A stretch of DNA of 62,172 nt, filler included, from Sphacelaria rigidula (Eukaryota), in the NCBI GenBank assembly GCA_964200075.2. It is 6 parts of 6 records of this genome, joined end to end, with 100 filler letters (N's around TTAATTAATTAA, not from the genome) between each part and the next. Parts side by side here need not be neighbours in the genome. Positions count along the whole stretch, not along the records: positions 10,380 to 20,658 come from CAXNAA020006804.1; positions 20,759 to 31,037 come from CAXNAA020006805.1; 4 more parts are not named here. One strand, 5' to 3'. Below, piece by piece: positions 11,733 through 24,366 of the stretch. The position numbers and the translations under genes are program-made. Under the pieces are notes generated by a model. That model searched no databases, was not told the DNA's origin, and was given only the letters and a program-made list of their open reading frames with translations. Numbering within the stretch: the first letter of the stretch is position 1; every line of letters starts with the position of its first letter.

Positions 11733-12812
11733 TGCAAAGTACAGATTCGCTTCTCGGCTGGCCCAGCTCGTACGCACTCTTGGGTATCTGTATTTTGACT
11801 CTTGGGCCTTCCAGGCTGTGGTTTACACACGCACATATGATGATGGAGTTTGCCTGCCTGCGTTCAGCTTTGCCGAGAAATAAACAATGCCGAGAAAGCG
11901 CTGCCTTCAAGATTAACGTTCCCAACACAAATCCTACAGCGATACGGATTTCCAAATGCATATTCATATATCATAGTTGACCATTTTGGCGGCAGAAAGC
12001 ACCACCGACGGATACGTGGTGAAACCACCTGTAATATATCAATGACGAGAGACTGCTTGCCCATGGTGAACGATATGCATGAGCTAAGGGATGGGAGACC
12101 GCGGAATGGATAAAATGTTGCCTCTTGGATCGCGAGGGTAGTCCACCAGGATCATGCGTACTTTTTTCAACCGGAATTTATGTCGACTTAACAGATCACG
12201 TACTCTCGCGGTCTAGGGGTTCAGGATAGTGCTCGCACACAGAAAGGAGTTGCCCAGCTCTAGCGTCGCGCTCACGGGCTTTGACCGTGAGCGGTGATGG
12301 TGTTCCGAAACGAGGTCTTACCCCCGAAGACTCAAACTATTCATCCTTGCACGGAAAGCGTTCTGAGTATATCTATGCAACAGCATTTGTGATGTACAGT
12401 TGAATATACCGTGAACCTCGAATTCTAGATACAGTAGTTTTCAGCTGAAATAGCGGGTTATTGTAGTATTCGCGTGCCACCGTTCGCCCCAGTGAACGCT
12501 TGTGCCCGAAGTTTAGAAATCGGGAGATACTGGGCATCCACACCGCATTCCGAACCGAAAATGATATCTGCGCTCAATATTGAACGGCTCACGGGCTGAA
12601 TCGATAGGGGGTGTTATTGCCCGTTTCGGGTTTTTAAAAACATATTTTTCAGGCTCTAGCGCAATGAAGAAGTAGAAGTATAAATAAGGGTCTGTAAAAT
12701 TATTCACGAGCGCGACCAAGATTGTTTCCGACCCTCCCTGTGCTACGAAATGTTTAAATATTTTGATATTTTCCAAGGACTTGCACAAGGATGATTCGTC
12801 CTCACCCACTTT

Positions 12813-13560
12813 ATTCAGTATAGTGTAAACAACATGCCGAGAAAGAGATCGCCAGCTACAGTTGATGAAGCTTTGTGGAAGAAAACGACGAGAGGGCAGG
12901 CTGGAATAAGGTGGGATAGAATAGTCGAGAACTTATGGGAGGAGACAGGAGGAAACCGAGTTAAGATAATTCCCATAGGTGAATACGGAGGGTAGAAGAC
13001 GAAAGTAAACGACAAGGTAGAAATAGGGGAGATAGAAACGCGCAGACGCAAAGTAGACGAACACCTGAAAATATACAGGGGATTGACAGAGGGGATAGGG
13101 ATGCAAGCATACCTGCATGGCCCAAAGGACGCGGCGAAAATTTTGAAACCGCGATTCCGGATGGAGGACCTGATCCTGCCAGAAAGAAAAGAGAAGTATA
13201 CCAGTTGTAGAATCGAGAAAGATGCACAGAATTGCCTCTGTGGTGAAGCAATTCAGAATAAAACTCAAATATCGGCAGAATGTGAACTGTACGAGGAGGA
13301 ACGGGACGTGCTAAAGGGCGAAATGCGAGAAGTGAACGAAGTTGGCATGAAATCGTTTGATGCGTTAGACAGGGAGAAAACGATGGCTACACTTGGAGAT
13401 GGATGGTGGTCACAGACGGCGAAACAGGATGGGGATGAGATATGCAACATGTTTTCGTGTGATGTATGACAAAACGCAATGGGCACCGAAATGTTGGAGG
13501 TGCCTCCATTAGGAACAGGAACGGCGCGGGATAGCATGGTGAGGTACAAACATAATATAC
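12813..13560 (+). mobile_element. 3' fragment of a LINE (C-terminal Cys/His region and tail), followed by (ACT)n at about 13578-13625
   Basis: YLHGPKDAAKILKPRFRMEDLILPERKEKY...CLCGEAIQNKTQISAECELYEEERD...LGDGWWSQTAKQ. Homologous copies at 31200-31975 (minus) and 59990-60520 (plus). Confidence 0.75.
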
Positions 13561-13581
13561 TGCCCGCACTGGGGCTCGCTA

Positions 13582-13617
<36 letters not shown>

Positions 13618-14789
13618 ATACTACTGTCCAGTGCTGTGCTGTGCTGAGTTCATTTTCGAATCGGATGATTGATTGCACATTTGTTGGGGCAACCTGCGGC
13701 CAATCGCTCCAAACAATCAAGTAACGTCGAGCTACGTCACGTCAGCTTCCGTCGTAAAGTTTTTGAAAGTTTCCATCCTTGAGTTTTCGCGTTGTGTTAC
13801 TGAAACACTTTTTGAAGTTGTCCCGAACCCTCTAATGTAGTATTGTTGACAACGCCAACAATCACAGTGAAGTGTAGTGACACCGACGCACGGTGACGTT
13901 ATTTGACACTCACTTGCTTGATATTTTTGTTGCTTTTACGTGAGTTTATGATGAGTTAATTGCTGTAAGCTGGTGGCTTGCTGAGGCGAGAAGGAAGTTT
14001 GTCAATTTCCAGGCACGACGAGCTGGCTAATAAGCGCGAGTTGGCGGTTCGCCTGGTGACGTGCGTCCAGGATTTTGACTTCAGATATCTTGCATCAGCA
14101 AAACCTTGAAAACAAACCACACGACCCATCAACCCCAACACATCTACCCCACCCGGAACCCCTGCAGGCAACCAACCTGATCTAACCCAACTCACACATT
14201 GCAGCTCACTTGACGCAAGGTCTCGAAAACATTTGACAGCCAAGGTTGAGGGCCGACTCCGTTACTAACCCTTAATCCTTCTGGCATGGACAAACGAGAA
14301 GGCCACGGGCCACTCCCCGGCCATTCGTGTAGGGCTGAGTACTCTACACCCGAGACCCTCGCAGTAGCATACGGCACTACCCTTCTCATGTCCGCAACTA
14401 CTGATACGATCGTCGGTGCTCGTTGACGCATCTCCCGCAAGGCCTCGATAGCATCAGCGGGCGCGGCTTCCTTCAGCAACTTGGTTGCCTCCTTTTCACC
14501 CTTCAGGCAAACATCTGGAAGGGCAAGGAACAGCCCCAGTGGGCTATTAGCCCTGAATAATGCAGTGCAATCCTACCCTTGCGCGAAGAACCCCCTGTGA
14601 AAGAAGAGCTGCAGCCATCAAAACAGTAACATAATGATGAGTAGGCCTTAAAGTTACGTTCAAGACGAATTGCTGAAACTCACATATTGAATCTACACAT
14701 TACAGCGTATTGAGGGGAGCAGGCTCCGACGATGTCACTCACGTACCCGGACGACAAAGAGCACTCTCTACATTGGCTAAATGACAGTG

Positions 14790-16001
14790 CTGTTTCGAAC
14801 TCCAGATGGCGACTGCACGCAGCGTAGAGCCCTCGGTAATTTTGTCGTTTAGAAGTTCTCACATGGGCTGCATGCAATCAACACATGCAGTGTACGCCCC
14901 TACAACATGTGATCGGACACGCCAGGAGCACACGATTATAAAGCGCAAAGCAGGCCGGCCTAAACGGACGAGGGCGACCGTCGTGTGTACAGCGTGCCAC
15001 TCTGGTATACACGGTCGTCTCGTGAAAATGAATCGGTATGAGTTGGTAGGGCAGTGGTCGAAACCTGCTGCAAACCGTGTGCCAAGAACACGATGCCACT
15101 GCATGTACATGTACCAATCGGCATTTAATGTTCCGCACATGGGCTGTCGGTAACGTACAATGTGGCGGACACCGCTAAACTACGAACATATGATTAGAAC
15201 ACGCCAGTAGCACACGATTGTGTGGCGCCAACAGGCATCCCTGAAAGGATGAGGATAGAGCACATCGTGCTGGAATAAATACATGTCATATTTTCGCAAT
15301 GGATCGGTAGGGCAATGGTCGATCTGCTGTAAACCATATGCCAAAAACACATAGCACAGCCAGTACGTATACCAGACGTGATTTCTTGCTGCTGTTTGAA
15401 ATTCCTCACATGGCTCGCATCCAATAGCACGTGGCGGACGCCGCTACAGTAGGAAGGCATAGTCAGGACACGCCAGTAGCAGACTAGCGCCAGCAGGCAG
15501 GCCTGAAAGGATGAGAACAGTAATCGTATGCTCATCGTGCCATGGTGCATGCACTGTCGACTCCTGGGACTGAATCGGTAGGGCAAGGTCAACCTGCTGC
15601 AAACCACGTGCCCAGCACACCAGCACACATAGCAATGACCTATGTATGTGTTCTCATCGACAGTTGCCATTATTTGAAATTACTCACATATGCCACAGTC
15701 ACCAGACATGTAGCGTACATGAAGCAAACGCCGCTGCAGCACACATGGTCAGGACATGCGAAAGAGCGCACGGCTATGTAGCGCCCCTGTTTTCCTTGGA
15801 AGGCTTATTTGGGCCAGGGATAGGGCCCCCACATGATCTTCGCAGTGACATTATTCTCGGCAACAGTCCCCGTGCTCGTCGTTCGGGTCTGGTCGATACA
15901 TTTTGCCTCGCCGTGATTGGGCAGTTCGCTCCCTGACTTTCTTTAAATTATTTCACTAACAGGGTCAACCCTGTGTTGGTGGGTGGTCGGTCCCAAAAGG
16001 G
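14790..16001. mobile_element. piggyBac-like element, right part, containing about 3.5 degenerate ~275-bp tandem units
   Basis: Ends GGTCCCAAAAGGG|TTAA (TTAA at 16002-16005). Units start near 14861, 15137, 15407 and 15686 and share ACACGCCAG.AGCA, GGTAGGGCA..GGTC and CTGCTG.AAACC. The left TIR was not found. Confidence 0.55.
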
Positions 16002-16005
16002 TTAA

Positions 16006-19000
16006 TCAAGCTAGATGAACTCGGATGTCAGTGTCACCTAGCACTTTCGTCGTTTTCCACATAAAATGACAATCCCTACCACTGTATACGCTAACAGTTC
16101 CGTACGAGCTCGTCTAATTCCGAACAACCCGCAAGAGATCAAAACGTCCATCATGAACATGCATTCCCGCAATAATCATGACACTTGGACTAGTCCGCGT
16201 CACAGACCGATCGCTGACGCCAAATTCTCGAATCCTTCCCCAAAATAAGTGACTTGACAGCAAACCGGTGAAGAAAATGTCAAACATCAACAAACGTCAA
16301 ATTCTGGGCACTACAGGTAGTGAATGTCCGTCTCTCTCATACGAGAAAACGTCCTGTCCAACACACAGTATACTCTGTAGGTTCAACACCTGGCAACGGA
16401 GTGCAACAGGCAAATGATTCATGATATTATAACCAGAATGAAATAAGTATCCAAAACGTCTCAAACGCAGCCGGTCTCATGCGTGTTCAATTCCGTGAAA
16501 TTCTGTGCATCGCACGCCTTTCCTTTGCCAATGCTTGAAAGCCTTCATGTCGCCAATCAATCCATCAAGACGTTGAAAAGAAAGCCGTGACCCAAATCGC
16601 TATTCAAGGCATGCATACGAGCTGGTCGCGCCGGTGGGTCAGTCGATATCCTCGACACTTTTTGACGCTTTGGACGGGTCCGAATCTCGGTGAAGTCACG
16701 CGATCTGGCATTTTTCTCACATCTTGCCCTAGAGTGGAGAGCAACTGTGTCTTGGGTTCACAAAGCTCGACTACGTGATCGACAACGGAAAAGGACTGCT
16801 GAAACCTTCTCGCGATGAAAAGGGGGGCAAGTACCGCAGAAAAAACGTTGAGGGCTGGAACAAAAGGAAGAACAAACACTCCGATCTTGACGTTCCTCCT
16901 GCGTGACCCAAGCTGATACACCCACACCTATACAGAAAGGTGTAGGCTGGCATCCAGAATAGATGGGATGGCAACACACATGCACATACCAATCCAACAA
17001 TGGCAAACGGGCCGACACCTTTACGATCATTTGACCACTCCCAATGTGATCTGAATTTCGAACTCAATTCACCTAGTATAATCCCCCACTTGGATTCAGG
17101 ATTGTGATGTTCCATCCGTTCATAAATGGTTGTGTAGAGTGCGACTCATTTCCTATCAGACTCGCAGCTCACCCGCACCGCGCCTTTCAGACAAATACCC
17201 CACCCACGTGCTCCTCCGAACATGTCACATTTCTTCAAAGGACGTTCCACAGTCGAAGATCACAAGACAATCGCGCACCATACCGTCAACTACAAGAAGC
17301 AGTCGCGTCGTACCTGCTCACATACGAGCCTACACATTTCGCGCGTTCTGTCATGTAAACGCCAACGGCAGCAATTGGCACCCCCTCCAGTCAGTACGCG
17401 CAAAGCGTTTCTGTGCGGATAGCAAGATATGAGCTTCACCTCATACAGGACACAGCAGTATATGAATAATTGCCGCACCCCGACGCTTCGCCAGACACCA
17501 TGCACAGCAGTAACATGCTATGGCGAAAAGTGCACATGTGCATCACAGCATTTCACCGAGCACATGCCATGCGACCTTCCTCGCAGAGACCACCGTTCAC
17601 CTGCATCATGCGTGCTATAGAGTTCTGCACTCATAACCAGACAGCGACAGTATATGTCCCATCACGTAGACTTCAGCATCCGTGGTGATTTAAACATGAA
17701 CTTTCACTGTTCATTGCACTGGAATGCATCCCAGCTTGTCTTCGCCGAGTGGGCAAACAGCTCCACACAATTGAAATGAAATACTGACGGAGTCCACCAA
17801 CCATACTCAAGGACCCGCAACCCACTAAGCAGCCGTAAATACGGATGCTACACGTTGTTCTGGCTGCAATCGTGTACCAAACCTGGTCAGCAATGGTGGC
17901 CGGAGTCTGCAGCACCCCCAAAGCTTCCCTACTACCAACAAGTAGTCAGCTTGATGAACTCGGACAACATTCTTGCTTAGTACTACCGTCGAGTTTCACA
18001 CAAATTGGCAATCTCTGCCGGTGTGTTCGAGAACAGATGCATGCGAGCTAGTTCAATTTACGAACTAGCAAGAGATTCAAAACATCCATCATGAACACGC
18101 AATTCCGTGGCAGTCCCAAGACTTACACCACCCCGAGTCACGGAGGGACAGCTGACGCCAATTTTTCTTGTTCGAAATCAATCCCTTGATTCCAATCGGG
18201 AAAAGAAATGTCAATCGTCTACAAACGTCAAATTCTAGGCATTCGTGGCTGTTCGATTCATTCAAGACAGGGTACCTTCTAACGTATAGGATGCCCTTCG
18301 TAGTTTCAACACCAGCGCAACTGAGTGCAACAGTCCAACAATGGTCATCCTGAAATCAGAATTAAATGAGTATCCATCGCGTCTAAACGCGGCTAGCCTC
18401 TTGGTTGTTCAACTCCATGGAAGAGGATGCATCGCACACCTCTCCTTCATGGAAGTTTCAAAACTTCAAAGCTTCATCTAGACATTCCATCCATGAAGAC
18501 CATGAAAAGAAGGGCATGAGTCAAACCGCTAGTCAAGCCATGCACACCATACAAACAACGGCAAACGAACTGCGACCTCCCCCATCATTCGCCAGCCGTA
18601 GTGATATTGTTCTCAAACTGGATATATCTAGTACCCCCCCCCCCCGAATACACTCGAATATCATGCCCCACTTGTATTCATTCAGTACCGTGATATCCCA
18701 TCCGATTATCCGATATGTACATATGTACCGTGAAATGAGGTCCATGTCTCAACAGACTTGCACCTCACCTGTATTAACCATTTCAGATAAATGGACACAC
18801 TGTCCACGTGCTCGCCAGCACATATAACACTTCATCAAAAGACGTGCCACAATCGAAGATCACTGCTGCATGCGCGCGCCATTTCTTCGTCTCCAACCAC
18901 TTGGAACACTCGCGTCATGCCTACTCGAACGAACTCATGCATGTCGTAGTTTGAGCTCATTTTCACAACAGCAGCAGCAATCACCATATCCTACAGCCAG

Positions 19001-20658
19001 TATGCGCTGTGCGCGTAAAGATTATCCCGCCGATGTGCGGACAGTAAAAGACGAGCTTCACCTCATCCCCCACACAATGTATCAAAAACTGTCTTACCCG
19101 GATTGGTTTGGTGGTGTACTGAAAACTCTTTCTCGCCCCGAATAGCGCAGGTGCAGCTACCCCGCGTCGTCGCTTCAGACGCGGGCGTGCTCCAACCTTT
19201 TGCACTCTCAGCGGGCGCACTGTCGTGCCTTTCTCGCCCCCAACAGTGCAGGCAGCTGCCGCCGTTGCTTTAGACGTGTGCGTGCTCCAACCCCTTTACT
19301 CTCAGATGGCGCACTGTCGTGCCCTGTCCCCGCGGACGGACACATGCTACGTGACCATTTCGCCCTTGACAGTGCCGTGCACCACACCCGAAGACGCATG
19401 CTTGCTCAACGCGAATAGCAATTGCTTGTGGCACACATACACGTCTCGATATGTGTGAGCTTCAGGTCCAGAAACCACTGGCACCTCAAGAACGTTCCAG
19501 CCTGTCCCACGGGTGTTCACGTCGTGTACCTCATGCATACATTCTTCATACTGCCGTAAGAACTCGGCCGATATCTCAGAGTCTGCAGTGCCAACTGGAG
19601 CAGCGCGAAACATGAATCCCAAACATCCACGTGCACTCCAGCATTTCACCCAGCACGCGCAATACGATGATATTCGCCCGACCACTGTTTCATGCCCAAA
19701 CATGACTACGAACTGCACCATAGGCTGTAATTGTCCTCAAGACACGATTCTTGAAACCAGTCATGACGTATATCCATTTTTTCAACAAGCACCCATTAAC
19801 TCCAGTACTTGCTCAACATCCAACCCGGCGCTAACCACAACAGCACGCACCTCAGATAATGCCTTCCTTGAAGTTCTCCAACCCACGCCTGGGACACCGT
19901 AGAGCAGCCTTTCAACTCGAACACTCGCTCCTCGCACAAGTTTAGCTACAGCTCGCACCCCCATGGTGCAGCTAAGCTCGCCACCGAGCCGTATTACGGC
20001 ACGACATACCCAATCCGACAATTCCTTTGCCTCCATGAATATTTTCGCATAGTACTGAGCACCTCTTTTTGAGTCAGTTTAGGAACAGCTACACAGTCCC
20101 GCACAGCAACACTTCCCCATGGCATTACACCATGCTCCTCGAACACCCCCACTGCGCCACAGTAAAAATACCCTCGACGCTGCCAAACACGCCAAAGCTG
20201 TCCATCTCGACAGCAATGCATACGACCACCTCAACACCACGCAACGCTTGACGTCGCCGTAGGAATCGTGATCGCAAATAGCATCACAATCCTGAAGCTC
20301 GCTCTGCCTACTCGTGCCTGTACTCTCGGACAGGCACATGCTGCGCGACCTTTTCGCCCTGTGCCGGCAGCTACCCCGGCCAACACCCGAAGACGTGTGC
20401 TTGCGCAAGGCAATTAGCAATTGCTCGTGCCCAACGTCACGATGATCGAGGAATGTCGCACACGGACATGTCTCGATATTTATGGGTATGAGATCAGAAA
20501 CCGCTTGAACGTGAAGAACGTGGTGTCTGTACCTTGCCCGTTATAGACCTCTGTCACTCAAGATCAGATCGCCATGTGGACTTCTCCCATCACCGGCACA
20601 TGGACTTCAGCAGCTTTAGTTATTCATGTACTAACCCTCAACATAGTACAGGAGAACA
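16006..20658 (-). pseudogene. Tandem series of decayed ORFs of unknown family, separated by related spacers
   Basis: 16120-16615 resembles 18060-18548; 17190-17450 resembles 18787-19070; 19330-19500 resembles 20325-20520. Minus-strand frames are protein-like but contain stops and frameshifts. Confidence 0.5.
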
Positions 20659-21219
20659 NNNNNNNNNNNNNNNNNNNNNNNNNNNNNNNNNNNNNNNNNN
20701 NNTTAATTAATTAANNNNNNNNNNNNNNNNNNNNNNNNNNNNNNNNNNNNNNNNNNNNGCCGGGTTTTCGCCGGACCAGGCTCACACTCAAAACCACCAA
20801 GCGCGAAGCGCCGTAGTGTGTTCGGCCAATCGCATGAAGGGTGAGCTGCGTCCTGCTAAGATTATTCGGCCCAAAGCCTACTGATTATCTTGCATTTAGA
20901 TGTCAGCCTACAATGAGTTGCTTTATTGTCTGGTATCACCACTTCCAGAGACAGCAACGGCTTTTACACTGCCTCATAGGTGCGTCACCATCGGATGGGG
21001 AGGGGGGGGGGCGCGGGGGTCGCACACACACTATACTATACGCCGGAACAAAAAACTAGAGATGGGGAAAACATTGAGATTGCCCGGATAAGATCTAGTA
21101 ACGGTCCCGAGAAAAAATGTAACAGGTTCCTCCCAGATACAGGTGGGATGCCGTTTCAAAAGCATTGTAATGGCCTGGGAGTAGGCTACGACCTGCCAAT
21201 CTTGTACGCACACTTTTAG

Positions 21220-24200
21220 AGTACTACAGGAACTCCCACCCGCTAGTTCTGCAGGAGGGACAAAATACACACACACATACACACACACACGGCTACGAAA
21301 TAAAAAAAAAGGAACGAAAAAGTAGAAAGGAAAAGGAAGAAGACAGGAAAGAACGCAGAGAAAAAAAAGGGAAGAACAAACCCAGAAACGACGCAGAACA
21401 TGGACAGGAGGTAGAACTAGGGAGCATCGTTCGAAGTGCTCTAGGGAAAGGTTCACGAGCGATGACAAAAGGCTCGGGTATCATTTCTTGTGTTAGTCCT
21501 CATTCCTAGTCAAGGACGAAGCCGGTCACTCTCTCCATCATTTCCAGAACTGGAGTCCTCACAGGCTATAGCTGCTGTTGTCAGGCCTGCGGTGGGAGCT
21601 CTTCCGTTGCCGGCTCCGGATGCAACAACCTCTGGTTTGTGACGTGGGTTAGAACGACGAAGATCATCGCGTCGTCGTACGTCCTTAAACTTCTCCACCC
21701 CCTTCTGAACCCCCAGGTGCCAATGCCCCGCGTTTTCAGCGGCAGTGACCCAATATTGCGAGTCTTCGACCTCAATACCGAGACTAACCCCTTCCTTCGC
21801 TCTTCCTTGCGTGGGATAGCCCCGAGGGCATGCATGATCTCCTTGAGATTGTCGCCTCACTGTTCAGTGGCCCGACCAGCCTCCTCGGACCCTCGTGCAG
21901 CCAATTGTCCGCACAACATGAGCTTCAGGCGATGTGCTTCAGTCTACTGGACAAGTGCCCCCACGAACTAGGCTTGACATTTGCGGGAAATCGTCTTGAT
22001 ACCCTCGCATTGGGTCATCTCGAGCATAGCTCTGTATGGAAGAGTCTCGCGTCCGCTGCGATTGTTCCTCCAAATGCCAACTACTTTCAATCAAGAGCTT
22101 CAGGTGCGCAGTACGTCGGATCTCGGAGTCCTCTGGGGGCAGTGTCCACGTAGCACGCCGATCCAGTATAGCTTTAATTACCTCTGCTTTGCACAACCGT
22201 TTTTTTTAGCGATGGGTGAGCATTTAGTCGGCCGTGCGGCTGGGAGCTATACATTCGGAGGTGAGCCCACGAAGCGCTGATGCAGCGCGTAATTGTAATG
22301 CGAATATTCACGTCTTCGCTGTGAGCGTCACCCAGGAAGACAAATTCGGGTTGCCGGCTTGTGCCGCATCCATGTGCAGTGCAACCTCTGGGGGCTGGCT
22401 ACTGTCAACAGATGACTACATCGCTCTCGTCTCATTCTCGTAATACCTCTCTTTAGTCCGCACTCCCGGCGAACCATCGGCATGACACCCACCAACCTAG
22501 CAAGCCCGCCTGGGAACCCTAGGACCACCCATGGTTCCTCCGCATGCAGCATTCCACGCACCGCGCATCACACCCTTTCCAGCGGCATATCTTCTTCGCG
22601 GGTGTCGTATTTTCCCTTGGCATATCTCTCAGCTATACCTGGTCTGGAAAGACGGCCGTGCCTGCCGCAAAACGCCGCGAAATCACACCAAGCACAGATG
22701 CTACGAAGATGTTGAACAGTAGCCGGGACAAAACGCATCCTTACCTGAGGCCTTGGCAAGCACGGAAGCAACCTGGTATTTCGCCACAGTCCAGCTATAT
22801 CTGAGCAAGCTCGTGCGCAATCTCGAAATGTATAAATGGCCTTGATCACTCGCGGCGGAACTCCGAACCGCGCAAGCAGTACCCACAGGAGCGTGCGGCA
22901 GGCGGAGTCGTATGCGTTTGGCAGGTCGATGGAGCACATATCCAATGGAATCTTGGTCGTCTGTGTGAATTTCTGTAGAGCGTGTACTATGACATGATAT
23001 CGGTGATCAATCGCTGAAATCAGAATCAGCTTCGTTTCCCGTGGAGAATACCTTGACCCTCACGACAGATGTCGAGCCTGTTGGGTACGACTTCCATATG
23101 TTACCAGTACATGCCACGAGCGAGATTTCCCTGTAAGAACGGCACTCCCTCCCATTCCTTTTTCCGTAGCACTCATATACGTGGAGTCCTTCTGCTCATC
23201 CAGCACATCGCCAGACATCAAAACAGCAACGGTAATGCTGTGGAAGCATGCACAAGCTTTCTCGAAGGCTCCGTGACCAATCTGGGCCTGAAGCCTTCGG
23301 GAGGTAGCCCATCCGGTTTGGTTCGCCTTGCCTCTAGTCGTAGTTCACAGTGACTCTTCTGGTTTGTCAGGGATTGGCGAGGCTCCCAAGTGACGGAGCT
23401 TCCGGCCGTGGTGTGATGCTCTCGATGGCGGTTGGATCGGTTGGACGAGAGTAGCTGATGTATGCAGTACAGTGCTTGTCCTCGCCCATTTGGATTGCCC
23501 TGAGCCTCCTACTCGCTTTTGGCAAGGTGCGCCGGGCTGGACTATCTCTCGATCTTACACGACGCTCTTTCCCGCTCACCTCAGTCCCATTCAAACTCGG
23601 GCTGAATCGCAGGGTTTTCGAACCACCCTTGTTCACAGCGGACCTCAGGAGTGTGTCGGTAAAATTGGCGGCCACTTCCCCAACTGATTCTCCAGGTTTT
23701 CTCTGCGTGCGGTCGCCAATGATGAAACGTACATGTTGCTCACGTTTGCTATTATCAGGCGCTATTGCTCCCCTATCCATGAGTTCGCGCCCGATGAGTG
23801 GTCGTCGCCGTCTATTGCGTAAAAATCTGCAAGCAGTCGCATTGCGGCGAACACGATGTTGTGGCCCAAGCCCAGCGAGCTGGGCGGTTGCAGGTAAACA
23901 GCGACCTTTTAAAAAAGCCAGCGATATGCTTGCCGTGTGATGATGTACTACAGTCAACACGTTTTTGTAGCACGGGACAGCTCGAAATACCATAAAACTC
24001 ACGCGACGTTCCTCCTTAGGGGGCAGAAAAGATGTGTCGAGATGAGCAAGCGTGACATCACCTGCGAGCCTCGCTGACCAGGGAACTCTTCCCTGCGCCC
24101 GTACTATTGCACGGCTTGATGTTCCTTCTCTTCCCGTGCAGTACCCCCGTCCTCGCGTCAAAATCAATCAAAATAAACAGGTGGTGGATGTTGGAAACTC

Positions 24201-24366
24201 GGCTGACAGCGCCGTCCAACCCCACCCAGAACACGTTGCTCTCCTTCTCTTTACTCCAACGTGTCTGGGGGCGTCGGCAACTGCAAAACGTGACAGCATT
24301 CGATCTTTCTGCTAGGTCCAACGACATTGACGCGAGACGCCTACTGACGAACGCCTGTGTCAACAC
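21220..24366 (-). mobile_element. RTE-like LINE, heavily degenerate, with 3' UTR; lies inside a kinase intron
   Basis: FWVGLDGAVSRV...LFILIDFDARTG (endonuclease); IDLPNAYDS.CRTLLWVLLARFGVPPRVIKAI (RT); RGMLHAEE (decayed YADD); W..AAENAGHWH..V.KGVE (RTE C-terminus). Confidence 0.85.
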
